The position numbers and the translations under genes are program-made. Under the pieces are notes generated by a model that had not been told where the DNA came from, did not search any database, and was given only the letters and a program-made list of their open reading frames with translations. 64,000 nt of DNA from Paraspadella gotoi (Eukaryota > Animalia > Chaetognatha), in the NCBI GenBank assembly GCA_051294375.1, contig CM119267.1, forward strand, positions 24,234,111 to 24,298,110, written 5' to 3'. Below, piece after piece: positions 28,301 to 41,825 of the stretch; the first letter of the stretch is position 1, and every line of letters starts with the position of its first letter.

Positions 28301-29571
28301 AGAGAGAGAAATAAATTCTCCGTTACGATACACTCATTACATTTTTGCCGTGACTTGCATATTTCTGAATCTATGTTTACAACCGTTAAAAGTCATCAAT
28401 GAAAAATGTTATTTTTATTAATATTTTCGTTTACAGATTACGAATAAAAGGATTCTTATAATTAGGTAAAAGTATGTATGTAGTTACTCTTTATCTATAA
28501 AGTATACAAACAATCAAACATTTGTCCTCGATCTTAATTCCAAAACTTCATCCATGCAGCCTCATTCTCGAATTTAGTTCGCGGAGCCGAAATATTATTG
28601 TTCGCGATTACCCCACATAACCCACCCCCCGCAGCCGCGCCGGTCCCGCACGCCAGCATCCTCCTCCGCAGCGGCGCCAGTCCCGCATGCAAGCATCCGT
28701 CCCCGGCAAGCTTCCATGCGAACGCAGCCATTTCGTCCTTCGACTCAAAATGAATTTTCGAAACCAAAAAGTTCACGTGAACATTTATTTCACTCGTAAA
28801 GTCACGATTACATTCGTTGGCGTCAATTAAAAATGATATAATTTAGCGTCTTCGTTACCAATGGTGACGTAATCGCCACTCACCCCCCGTCTTTCTCCCC
28901 CCCGTCTTCCCATCCGCGACGTTTTCTTTTTATTTCTTCAATTGCGCCTTTCGCGTTTTCGTGTCCAACTGAGAGGAAGTAACGACGACAACGAGGGACA
29001 GACGGACGANNNNNNNNNNNNNNNNNNNNNNNNNATTGGTAACGAAGACGCTAAATTATATCATTTTTAAATTGACGCCAACGAATGTAATCGTGACTTT
29101 ACGAGTGAAAATAAATGTTCACGTGAAACTTTTTGGTTTCGAAATTCATTTTGAGTCGAAGGGACGAAATGGCTGCGTCGCATGGAAGCTGCCGGGGACG
29201 GATGCTGCTGCGGGACTGGCGCCGCTGCGGAGGAGGATGCTGCTGCGGGACCGGCGCGGCTGCGGGGGTGGGTTATGTGGGGTAATCGCGAAATAATTAA
29301 TTTATCGGCTCCGCGAACTAAATTCGAAATGAGCTGCATGGATGAAGTTTGGAATTAAGATCGAGGCAACAATGTTTGATTGTTTGTATACTTATATAGA
29401 TAAAGAGTAATACATACATACTTTTACCATAATTATAAAATCTTTATTCGTAATCTGTAACGAAAATTTAATAAAAAAAACATTTTTTCATTGATGACTT
29501 TAACGTTGTAAAATAGATTCAGAAATATGCAAGTCACGCAAAAATGTAATGAGTGTATCGTAACGGAGAAT

Positions 29572-29654
<83 letters not shown>

Positions 29655-30999
29655 CGAGAACTCGATTCCTCAAAGGTTGTTATCACGAGTCCAAAGATAG
29701 AGAGGGAGACAGAGAGGGAGAGGAAATACGGAAAAAACAAAAAAAGGATGTGGTAGAAATTAATGATACTATAGAAATCTAAGAAAGATCGAATGAAAAA
29801 ATTTAAAGGAACTTCAAGGCTGTGAGCTTGACAGTGTGAGAGAGATATCAATTGAATAAAGAAATTAAATATCGAACAAAAATTAAAGAGAAAACAAAGA
29901 ACAATATTTTTAGAATAATTATAATGCTTGTATCGCAATGCCGTCTGTCTCAAAGGCGGCCGCCGCGATAAGGGGCGTTAATACAACTTTACGCTTCCTT
30001 TGAATTCTAACTTCACGCAATCTCGGCACTAAAAGTTGCAGTTCCGGTAAAATAGCGCCGAGGAACCGAAGGCGCCGGCGCTGAAGCTCGAAGGGGCGGC
30101 GACAACAGTTCTGCGCTGACCTATAGGCGCTGGCAATCCGAATCCAGGTGGCAATGCCGAGCCAAGGTGGCAACGCCCTGTGCCCAGGTGGTAATGCCTC
30201 GCCCAGGTGTTAGAAGTCTNNNNNNNNNNNNNNNNNNNNNNNNNAGTCTGGCGGAAATAAATAATACTAAAAACTAATGTCAAAGTACTCAACAAATAAA
30301 TATCAAAACTTTGACATTTTAACTGTAATTGAAGCTAAAAATAAAAAAGTAAGCTGCTTCTTCTTTGAAACCGCATAAATTCACCAACTTTATAACCATA
30401 ACAAATAATTTTTCCAAACTCTAAAAATATGCAATGAAAAAAGCACCAAAAACAACTTCTTAAACGTGCCACAATGATGTAAAATTGAATCAGGTTGAAC
30501 GCCACTCGGATTGCACTAAACTTACCAAAAACAAAAGTACGAATTCTGCAATTTTCAGAGTCAAAGCAAAAATAATAAAAGATCGTCGCTAATTCTTATA
30601 AACATTGAAACCAGTTGGGCATTAGTCTTATATTTTCTTAACAGCTAATAACTTTTTTTACTACCAAAAAAGTTGAGAAAGATATTTATTACCACAATCG
30701 ATATAAGACAAGGGAACAATGGAAAATTTTGAACCATACACATCTAAAGATATACATTGATGGAATAACCTTAGATCTGAGATTACTGTCAAAAATACAG
30801 TACTGTATAAAGGGAAAGGGAAACAAAATTAAAACAAAGAAAAAAAAATAAAGCCAGAACGAAACAATATGAAGGAGAACACTAAGGGAAAATAATAGAA
30901 AGAAGAACATAAAAAGGAAGTGAAACTAAAAAAGAACAATACTAGAAGAACATAACTCGAGACATACTAATACAGAATGGTACAATAACTAGACACCTT

Positions 31000-31720
31000 A
31001 TGAGAAACTACAAGATAGCAAATAAGAGAACCATTTGTAACAACTAAGAATAGCAAATCCTAAGCCATATGAAGAGTACTAAATAGCAATATACACCATA
31101 TAAGAAACAACTAAATAGTAGAAATCTAACGAAGAGACATAATGAAGTAAACATCGCAAATAGCAATAACCTAAGAGAACTATGAAGAAACATACTAGAA
31201 TAGCAATAAACCTAAGAGACACCATGATGATAACTAAGACATAGCAATAAAACCTATAGAGCACATATATGAGAACATACTAAGAATAGCAATAAAAACC
31301 TAAGAGAGACCATATGAAAGAAACATACTAAGATAGCAATAAACCTAAGAGAACCAATCGAAGAAAATCATACTAGAATAGCAATAAAACCTAAGAGAAC
31401 CATATGAAGAAACATACTAAGAATAGCAATAAAACTCAAGAGAATCCATATGAAGAAACATACTAAGAATAGCAATAAAACCTAAGAGAACCATATGGAA
31501 GAAACATACTAAGAATAGCAATAAAACCTAAGAGAACCATATGAAAACATACTAAGAATAGCAATAAACCTAAGAGAAACCATATGAAGAAACATACTAA
31601 GAATAGCAATAAAACCTAAGAGAACCATATGAAGAAACATACTAAGAATAAGCAATAAAACTAAGAGAACCATATGAAGAAACATACTAGAATAGCAAAA
31701 AACCTAAGAGAACCATATGA
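31000..31720. repeat. 45-bp tandem array (CATATGAAGAAACATACTAAGAATAGCAATAAAACCTAAGAGAAC); also at about 26010-26800, 41270-41625 and 41941-42730
   Basis: Directly visible; gives the MVLLGFIAILSMFLH repeat ORFs. Confidence 0.95.
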
Positions 31721-31839
31721 AGAAGAGCCATGTGATGAACGTGTCTCGTTGAACGAGCGTCGTGAAACTGGAAGGAGAGAAGGGGGAAGTGTTTTTGCCT
31801 TCTGGCTGGAACGACGCCGCAAGAATATTATGATTTTCC

Positions 31840-31902
<63 letters not shown>

Positions 31903-34662
31903 GCGTCTAAAATTATTAAGCAAGCCCCGTTTTCCTCCATTAAGGAGGGACCGGCGTCTCATAAACAAACTCCCTCCCCTCCTCTTCCTCCATCACCTTA
32001 TTTTTTCTCCTTTCCTTAATTCCTTTCCTTAATTCTCGTTCTCCTTTTCTGCTCTTTCACAAACTCTCATTTCACTACCTTTCCCTTTTTCTCTCTATCT
32101 CCTCCTCCTCCTCCTCCTACTCCCCCTCCCTCCCCCCTTCCCCGCCTCCAGGTACCATCGGGAATTCCGCCGCGTCTGAATTCTCGCCTCTACTTTTTCT
32201 CCTCCATTTTTTTCGCGGAGGCGGAGCGATACAGACGGCGGAAGGATCGGCCGGGGGTTGGGAGTGAAGCGGTCCGGAGGCGGAGATTGGTGGAACGAGA
32301 CTGCGGAGAAAAGAATATATAACGCGGGAGACGAAATAAAAAGACTAGAAGAATATATACCAGAGGATTATATTACTCGAGACAAGAAAAAAGAAAAAGT
32401 GAAAAAACTAATAATATTAATAAAAAAAGAGTGTAAAAGTCTTTGTAATCAGTAATTGAGAAGCCATTTAAAGGAGCAATTGAGAAAAAACGGAAAGGAG
32501 TAATAAAAGGAGTCGATCGTGAGTTTAAAGGAGCTTTTAAAAAAAAAGAGAAAGGAAAAAAAAACTTAGTGGAGCAAGCTTAAAGGATTGACTTAAACTT
32601 AAAGAAGCCCAACTGTGAATTCGAAAGACAAGTTTCGGGGAAGAAAAACCTAAAAAAATTCAAAAGAGACAAAACTCACCTTAAATTCGTTCTCCGGTAA
32701 GTATTAGAATATTTCTTTTTATAGATTTTATTCACTTCAGTTCGATCCAAACAATATTAACCATTATTAAACAATATTAATAATATCCATAAGCGTCGAT
32801 GTTTTGGGTTATTTTTCCTTTTTTCTGATATGAGATTTTTTTTATTAGATTAGTCTTATAAACACTAACAATAAACAACCTAATAAATCGAGTGAAAACA
32901 GTAAACAAATATTCACAACAGAAGACGGAATCTTGAGAGTGAATCTTCACAAAGTGGCAAGACTTCCAATTCTCTCTCGATTGACGACTGGAACGAGATA
33001 TAATATTTGGGCGCCGCGTTGCAAGGAAGTCGATGGGCGTGGCGTTTTGGAGCCGGAGTTGCCACGGTTGCCACGCTCAGAGGAACGATACTGTTAGGAA
33101 AGTGTTACAAAGTGAAAATGTATCTGATCGCAAGTGCCACGGTTGCCACGCCGAAGGAAACAAGACTGGATGGAAGTGCCACGGTTGCCACGCTCAGAGG
33201 AACGATACTGTTAGAAAGTGTTACGAAGTGAAAATGTTGTCTGGTCGCAAGTGCCACGGTTGCCACGCCAAAGGAACAAGACTGGATTGGAAGTGCCATC
33301 CCAAGAGAATTGAGTCTCGTTGAAAGTCACCTACAATTAGTAATGAGTCTGATCAAAAGTGGCACATTTTCCAGGCTGTGATGAACAAGACTGGATTGAA
33401 GTTCCACCCCAAGAAGAACGAGCCTCATCGGAAGTGCCTTGATGCCCGGCTGCCAGGACTGAGATTGGTCGACAGTCCCACGTCTGCCACGCATAGAGGA
33501 CGTGTCACGCCCATAAGAAAGCGTCATATAGGAAGTTCATCGCGGCTCTTGTCGTCGACGAGGACACAACGAGTTTCCAGTGACGAGTCAAATTTTTTTC
33601 ACAGAACTCGATGTCTGGGGACATTGAGTCACGAGGTAGATTTTTTTATGCGTTCTACTTCTCGGTACTAGTCGGGGATTATCTGGCACAGCAACCTTTA
33701 TAAAATTAAAGAGCATTATTATAATGCGCAATAGTTTAGTTACAAGTGTTTATATTTTTTAATGGTAATATTATTCTTATTATTATTATTGAGGAGAAGG
33801 CGCCAAGTAGGCTGAAGACTACTATCCGTAACTTCCGTGCCCGCTCAGCAGCAATGTGAACGGGTCCTGAGCTAGGAACCAGCTTTTCCAGGTTTTTCCA
33901 CGCCCTAAGTCGGTTTTACGGCCGTCTCGCAGTTCCCGTAGAGTAAGGTACCGGGTTGGGATTGGACCCCGGTACCTAGTGGTCATGACGCTGATTCAAT
34001 GAGCCACGACTACACTATCATTTTTATTAATACTATATGAAATATAATGTTAAATACAAAAAAGTTAAACAAAAAAAGCACCAGGTATTCTAGAATACTT
34101 ACGGACCACACTCAGACGAATTCGTATATGCCTTCCTCTCAGACGAATGTGCCAGGTAATGTGCCTCCCAACATTAATGCCAATATGCTTTCCCCTCCGA
34201 CAAATGTGCCGAGTTAATGTGCCTCCCCACCGGAATTCCGGTACGAATGTGCGGGATTCGTTCGCTCAATCGGAAGGAAAGGAAATCTTCGTCCCATTTA
34301 TTCGGCGTCCCAAAAAAAAGGGGAAAAAAAGAAAAAAAGGGGAAAAAAGGAAAAGGGAAAAAGATGAGAGAGAAAAGGAGAAAATATGGGAAAAAAGGAG
34401 AAAAGGAAAAGGAAAAAAAGAAAGAGAAAAAAGGAGAAAATAGGAAAAGAAGAAAAAAGAAAGAAAGTGGAAAAAGGAAAGGAAAAAGAAAAGAGAAAAA
34501 GAGGAGAAAAAAAGAAAAGGAAAAAAATTGAATAATATATATTAATATAATATCACTACTGAGTATAATAAAATAGTAAATAAAGAAACAACAAAAGTTC
34601 TAAAATAAAAGATCTAGAGGGTAGCAAAGATTTTGGAATTTAACAACGATTTTTTATTAGTA

Positions 34663-34712
34663 GTTTGGACATGTTTCGGCTTGCTTATTTCAAGCCTTCA
34701 TCAGCATATGAC
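34663..34712 (-). ncRNA. Minimal type I hammerhead ribozyme (PLE-type)
   Basis: Minus strand reads atatg CTGATGA a ggcttg aaataag caagcc GAAA CATG TC caaac: intact core, 6-bp stem II, palindromic CATG stem III as in PLE minimal hammerheads; stem I weak. Confidence 0.8.
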
Positions 34713-36859
34713 ATTCAATAATAAATTTTTGTGCAAAAGAAGAGTGTGTGAGAAGAGAGAGAGAGAGAGAGAGAGAGGGTAAAAGTTTTTCCAACAAAGT
34801 GGTGAGACAGAATAGTTGGTCAGATGTGAGGACAGGTTGAAGGTGAGGACAGATTGAGTGAGTTGTGAAAAGAAGTGAAACTTGTTAAAGAGAGAGAGAG
34901 AGAAGAGAGTGAGGAGAAGAGAGAACAAAACAACAGAGATAATAATAAAGATAAGCATTTTTGCAATGTACAACAAAAGATTAAAGGAGTTTGAAAACTA
35001 ACATTGGAGAAAATTTTAACATTTAACTAGTGAATAATTAAGTAATTAGCTAAGGGATAGTTAAGTGAAAATGAAAATATGAAAGAAAGTAGTTTTTAGT
35101 TTAGTTGATAATTAGGAGATTAAGAAAGTGAAATTCAAGGAAAGAAAGAGCTCCAAAGTGAGCTGGCCCCCTTGTTTTATGCAAATGAAGGACAAGGACG
35201 ATGATGACGGGTCATTGGCGTGTCAGTGCTGAGAGGAGAGTATGACGCGAACTGAATGAAGTGCCGGATTGGGAAGCAGATCCTTGCGGAAAGATCCGCA
35301 GGGCTACTCTTATGTTCTCTTTGGCCTGATACGCGCTGCCGATAACCATAACAAATAATTTTTCCAAACTCTAAAAATATGCATGAAAAAAGCACCAAAA
35401 ACAATTCTTAAACTGCAATGACGACTNNNNNNNNNNNNNNNNNNNNNNNNNAAGACGCTAAATTATATGCATTTTAAAATTGACGCCAACGAATGTAATC
35501 CGTGACTTTACAGTGAAAATATAATGTTCACGTGAAACTTTTTGTTTCGAAAATTCATTTGTCGAGGAAAAGTCCTGGAAGCTTGCCGGGACGGATGCTG
35601 ATGCGGGACTGGCGCCGCTGCGGAGGAGGATTGCTGGCTGTGCGGGACCGGCGCGGCTGCGGGGGGTGGGTTATGTGGGTAATCGCGGAAATTAACTTAA
35701 TATTCGGCTCCCGCGAACTAAATTCGGAAATGAGCTGCATGATGAGTTTGGAATTAAGGATCGAGGCAACAATGTTGATTGTTTGTATACTATTATAGAT
35801 AAGAGGTAATACATACATACTTTTACCTAATTATAAAATCTTTATCGGTAATCTGTTAAACAAAAATATTAATAAAAAAACATTTTCATTGATGACTTTT
35901 AACGTTGTAAAATAGATTCAGAAAATATGCAAGTTCACGCAAAAATGTTAATGAGTTTAGGGCTGCCGCATCGTTCGAATCGAAGTTTCTGATGCAAGAT
36001 TCCTTTATATATTTATTCTATTGCAAAAACTGCATAGTAAGGGCCCATATAAATTTATATCCAATATGGGTAGATTCGGTAAAGCTTAGCGTCTTGGAAG
36101 CCAACGGGAGGTAGAGCTGCGATCGAAATTCCCATTTTATCATGCCATAAATGGTATTTAAATAACTTGGTCAGACGTTTTTTCCCGGTTCCCAAAAACT
36201 GCTTGATCTTTTTGTAAAATTAGAACAAATCATACATATCAGTTATGTTTTCGGGTAGCCTTATTGTCTTCTCTACTAGAAAAAAAAGAAAAAGTTTAAT
36301 TCTTGCATCTTGAATGCTTGATTAAAGCAAATCAAATGAACTGGTTTTTTAGGTTGAAAACTGCATAGTCAAGCCTTCAATTTGTTTTTTGTTCTAAGAC
36401 CAAATCGAAAGAAACTATATTGTTTTTACTATCTGTTTCAGGTTATAGCGCGGGGAGAAATTTAGAGAGTTTATATTAAATTTAGAGCAAATAGAAGCGA
36501 TATCAAGTTTTTTGCATGCTAAAAGCTTTTTTAAGCCGCGTTCGGTCTGTATTGAAAATGGTTGGACGTAGGTTATCAATGCGAGGACATTCAATTTAAA
36601 AATAAGCATTGATCATGCGCGATCCGGGCCAGATAAATACCATATTTCAAACATGGCCTTTACCGTATTTTTACGTTTTAGAACGCAGTCCTGTATGAAA
36701 TGTTTGAATTTCACGCCTGTGATATTGCACGTTCTAGGCGTCGTTTGTCCTTGTTAGGTCTCTTATTTCTTTATCTCTTGAAGAGAACATTAATTATTGT
36801 TATGTGAATAGTGACAAAACCGTCAATAAAATCTTAAAAGCAATAGAGGATCGAGCCCT

Positions 36860-37080
36860 ACTTTTAATGATAACAAATATGATGCGATGATAACAAATAT
36901 TGATGCGATGATAACCAAATATTGGATGCGAAGATAACCGAAGGATTGATCGATGATAACCAAATGATGGATGCGATGATAGTCATTCATTGATGCGATG
37001 ATAATCTTCATTGATGCGAGTGATAGTCCTTCATTGATCGGATGATAATCATTCATTGATGCGATGATAGTTCATTCATT
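36860..37080. repeat. About 21-bp tandem repeat (TTGATGCGATGATAA core)
   Basis: Directly visible, about 10 units. Confidence 0.9.
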
Positions 37081-37104
37081 GACGTGACGTGACTTTGAAA
37101 AAAA

Positions 37105-39045
37105 CGTATGGCATATTTTTAAAAAAAGTATGCATACTTCAAAAAAGTATGCATACTTGGGAAAAGTAATGCATACTTTTTTCAAGTATGCATACTTTTT
37201 TCATGTAGCTTTACTTTTTAAAGTATGCATCTTTTTTTAAACTTTTTTCAAGTATGCATACTTTTTTTCAAAGTATGCATACTCTTTAAAAAGTATGTAT
37301 ACTTTTTTAAAGTATGTATACTTTTTTTTCAAAGTATGTATACTTTTTCAAAAGTATTGCATACTTTTTTAAACTATGCATACTTTTTAAAATATGCATA
37401 CTTTTTTGAAGTATGCATACTTTTTTAAAAATATGCATACTTTTTTTAAAATATGCATTACTTTTTTTAAAGTATGCATACTTTTTTTAAAATATGCATA
37501 CTTTTTTCAAAGTTATGCATACTTTTTTCAAGTATGCATAACTTTCAAAGTAATTTTTTCAGTATGCATACTTTTTTCAAAGTATGCATACTTTTTTGAA
37601 GTATGCATACTTTTTAATATGCATTACTTTTTTTCCAAAGTATGCCATACTTTTTTTCAAAAGTATTGCATACTTTTTTCAAAGTATGCATACTTTTTTC
37701 AAAGTATGCATACTTTTTAAAGTATGCATACTTTTTTAAAAATTGCATAGTATTGCATACTTTTTTCCCAAAGTATGCATACTTTTTTAAAGTATGCTAC
37801 TTTTTTTAAAACTTTTTTCAAAGTAATGCATACTTTTCAAAGTATGCATACTCTTTTGAAGTATGATACTTTTTCAAAGTATGCATTGTACTTTTTTTCA
37901 AAAGTATGCATACTTTTTTTAAAGTATGCATACTTTTTTAAAAATATGCATAGTTATTGCATCTTTTTCAAAGTATGCATATTTTTGACGTTTTTTAAGT
38001 ATGCATACTTTTTTAAACTTTTTTCAAAGTATGCATACTTTTTCAAAGTATGCATACTCTTTTGAAGTATGCACTACTTTTTTCAAAGTATGCATACTTT
38101 TTTTGAAAGTATGCATACTTTTTTTAATTATGCATACCAATTTTTTGAAAGTATGCATACTTTTTTAAAAATATGCATACTTTTTCCAAAAGGTATGCAT
38201 TACTTTTTTTAAAATATGCTACTTTTTTCAAAGTATGGCATTACTTTTTTCAAAGTATGCTACTTTTTTTTCAAAGTATTTTTTCAAAGTATGCATACTT
38301 TTTTTCAAAGTATGCATACTTTTTGAGTATGCATACTTTTTTAAAATATGCTACTTTTTTCCAAATTAATGCATTACTTTTTCAAAGTATGCATACTTTT
38401 TCAAAGTATGCCATTTACTTTTTAAAGTATGCATACTTTTTTAAAATATGGCATAGTATTGCATACTTTTTTCAAAGTATGCATACTTTTTTAAAGTATG
38501 CATACTTTTTTTTAAAACTTTTTCAAAGTATGCATACTTTTTTCAAAAGTATGCATACTCTTTATGAAGGTATGTGCATACTTTTTTCAAAGTATGGCAT
38601 ACTTTCAAATGTATGCATACTCTTTTGAAGTTGCATTACTTTTTTTCAAGTATGCATACTTTTTCAAAAGTATGCATACTTTTTTCAAAGTATGCATACT
38701 TTTTTCAAAGTATGCATACTTTTTTCAAAGTATGCATACTTTTTTGAAGTATGCATACTGGTTTTGAAGTATGCATACTTTTTTCAAAGTATTGCATACT
38801 TTTTTCAAAGTATGCATCTTTTTTTTCAAAGTATGCATACTTTTTGAAGTATGCATTACTTTTTTTTTAACTTTTTTCAGAAGTATGCATACTTTTTTCA
38901 AAGTATGCATATTTTTTGAAGTATGGCATACTTTTTTTCAACTTGCATACTTTTCAACTTGCATATTTTTTTCAACTTGCATCTCTTTTTCAACTTGCAT
39001 ATCTTTTTCAACTTGCATATCTTTTTTCAACTTTGCAACTTTTTA
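37105..39045. repeat. About 20-bp satellite with palindromic core AAAGTATGCATACTTT, 1.9 kb
   Basis: Directly visible; the core is its own reverse complement. Confidence 0.97.
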
Positions 39046-39848
39046 ATGATTACGCCTAAATTATCTTAGTCAAATCCCGACATTGTTGCTCAAACTTTGT
39101 TCATAATAAATAAGCCGGATTCAGAATTTGGACAAATTTTTAAATATTAAACTATCGTCATCATCATTAGTTTAATTAATTTTATTCTTGCATCAATTTA
39201 CTTTACCTTATCAATCATTATCTTTTATTATAGTTTTATATGCTATCATATTAAAATCTGTTTATCATTTAAATTAAAAATGATTTAAAAATGAAAAATT
39301 AATCGTGAAGTGACGATAGTGGAATTCTTAATCTTGAATTAACGATATTAAATTGAGTAATTTAATAGTAGTTTTTGCTGGTAAGATTCTGTCAATTATA
39401 CTTTCCAATCTTTTACTTTCTTTTGGCTTCTTGTTCTTTCCCTTTTTTATTCTGTTTTTATAAGTATGTATTTTTGTGATTAATTTTGTAAGAGAATTCC
39501 TTTTTTCCGGGCTTTGCTTATTCTATTTTCTCTTATGAGGGCCCGGTTCGCGCATAATCGCTATTTATCGGTTTTAACTTAGTACTACGGTAGTCAAATC
39601 CTTATTGGGATTCAAAACGAGAGTTCGATTTTAAGCGAAAGGTTGATCGATTTGAAGCGCGCGATTTTGCGACTGTTTATATTGCCATAACTTCTTGAAC
39701 GGATTATCCGATTTTTATGAAATTTTGCATATAGATAGTATTTTAATTCCCTATCGATCGGTACCAAATTTATTTAAAAGATTACTCAATAGTTTAGAAA
39801 CGATCACATCCCCCAAATAGTGTATCGTAACGGAGAATTTATTCCTCT

Positions 39849-39931
<83 letters not shown>

Positions 39932-41760
39932 CGAGACTCCGATTCCTCAAAGTTGTTATCACGAGTCAAAGATAGAGAGGGAGACAGAGAGGAGAGAGGA
40001 AATACGGAAAAAACAAAAATAGGATGTGATAGAATTAATGATACTATAGAAATCTAAGAAAGATCGAAGAAAAAATTTAAAAGGAACTTCAAGGCTGTGA
40101 GCTTTGACAGTGTGAGAGAGATATCAATTGAATTAAAGAAATTAAATATCGAACAAAAATTAAGAGAAAACAAAGAACATATTTTTAGAATAATTATAAT
40201 GCTTGTATCGCAATGCCGTCTGTCTCAAAGGCGGCCGCCGCGATAAGGGGCGTTAATACAAACTTTAACGCTTCCTTTTGAATTCTAACTTCACGCAATC
40301 TCGGCACTAAAAGTTGCCAGTTCGGTAAAAATAGCGCCGAGGAACGAAGGCGCGGCGCTGAAGCTCGAAGGGCGGCGACAACAGTTCTGCGCTGACCTAT
40401 AGGCGCTGGCAATCGAATCCAGTGGCAATGCGAGCCAAGTGGCAACGCCCTGTGCCCAGGTGTAATGCCTCGCCCAGGTGTTAGAAGTCTGGGCGGAAAT
40501 AAATAATACTAAAACTAATGTCAAAGTACTCAACAAATATAATATCAAACTTTGACATTTTACCTTGTAATTGAAGCTAAAAATAAAAAAGTAAGCTGCT
40601 TCTTCTTTGAAACCGCATAAATTCACCAACTTTTTAAGATAACCATAACAAATAATTTTTCCAAACTCTAAAAATATGAATGAAAAAGCACCAAAAACAA
40701 TTCTTAAACTGCAATGATGTAAAATTGAATCAGGTTGAACCCACTCGGATTGCACTAACTTACCAAAAAACAAAAACGAATTCTGCAATTTCAGAGTCAA
40801 AGCAAAAATAATAAAAGATCGTCGCTAATTCTTATAAAACATTGAAACCAGTTGGGCATTAGTCTTATATTTTCTTAACAGCTAATAACTTTTTTTACTA
40901 CCAAAAAAGCTTGAGAAAGATATTTATTACCACAATCGATATAAGACAAGGGACAATGGAAATTTTGAACCATACACATCTAAAGATATACATTGATGGA
41001 ATAACCTTAGATCTGAGAATTATGTCAAAAAATACAGTACTGTATAAAGGAAAGGGAAACAAAATTAAAACAAAGAAAAAAAAATAAAGCCAGAACGAAA
41101 CATATGAAGGAGAACATAAGGGAAAATAATAGAAAGAAGAACATAAAAAGCGAAGTGAAACTAAAAAGAACAATACTAAGAAGAACAATCAAACCTCGGA
41201 GAACCATACTAACCTACTAGCAGAATCTGAAAAGTACAATAAAACCTAGGACAACCTTATGAGAAAGAACCATACTAAGAATAGCAATATAACCTAAGAG
41301 AACCATTTGGTAAAACATACTAAGAATAGCAATAAATCCTAAGAGAACCATATGAAGAAACATACTAAGAATAGCAATAAATCCTAAGACAACCATATGA
41401 AGAAACATACTAAGAATAGTAATAAATCCTAAGAGAACCATATGAAGAAACATACTAAGAATAGCAATAAAACCTAAGAGAACCATATGAAGAAACATAC
41501 TAAGAATAGCAATAAAACCTAAGAGAACCATATGAAGAAACATACTAAGAATAGCAATAAAACCTAAGAGAACCATATGAAGAAACATACTAAGAATAGC
41601 AATAAAACCTAAGAGAACCATATGAAGAAGAGCCATGTGATGAACGTGTCTCGTTGAACGAGCGTCGTGAAACTGGAAGAGAGAAGGGGGAAGTGTTTTG
41701 CCTTCTGGCTGGAACGCCGCAAGAATATTATGATTTCCATAGAGAGAGAGAGAGAGAGAG

Positions 41761-41762
<2 letters not shown>

Positions 41763-41825
<63 letters not shown>

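Larger units (their letters stand above)
22169..28863 (+). repeat. Copy A of the PLE 3'-associated block (about 6.7 kb, noisy sequence)
   Basis: Starts ggcagcgcgtatcaggcc (matches the end of the PLE ORF at about 49345-49370) and is the reverse complement of 29035-35340 throughout. Confidence 0.9.
29035..35340 (-). repeat. Copy B of the PLE 3'-associated block (inverted relative to A)
   Basis: attggtaacgaagacgctaaatt at 29035 is the reverse complement of 28841-28863; cctgatacgcgctgcc at 35325-35340 is the reverse complement of 22169-22184. Confidence 0.92.
35957..39818. mobile_element. 3.86-kb insertion private to copy C, probable non-autonomous DNA transposon carrying satellites
   Basis: Empty site aatg-AGT-gtatcg in copy B; here AGT flanks both ends. 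Internal inverted repeat gatcatgcgcgatccgggcc (36611) / ggcccggttcgcgcataatc (39540); termini only weakly complementary. Confidence 0.6.
35452..41760 (-). repeat. Copy C of the block (same orientation as B, equivalent to about 29043-31870), interrupted by an insertion at 35957-39818
   Basis: 35452-35956 matches 29045-29554 and 39819-41760 matches about 29552-31870. Confidence 0.9.
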
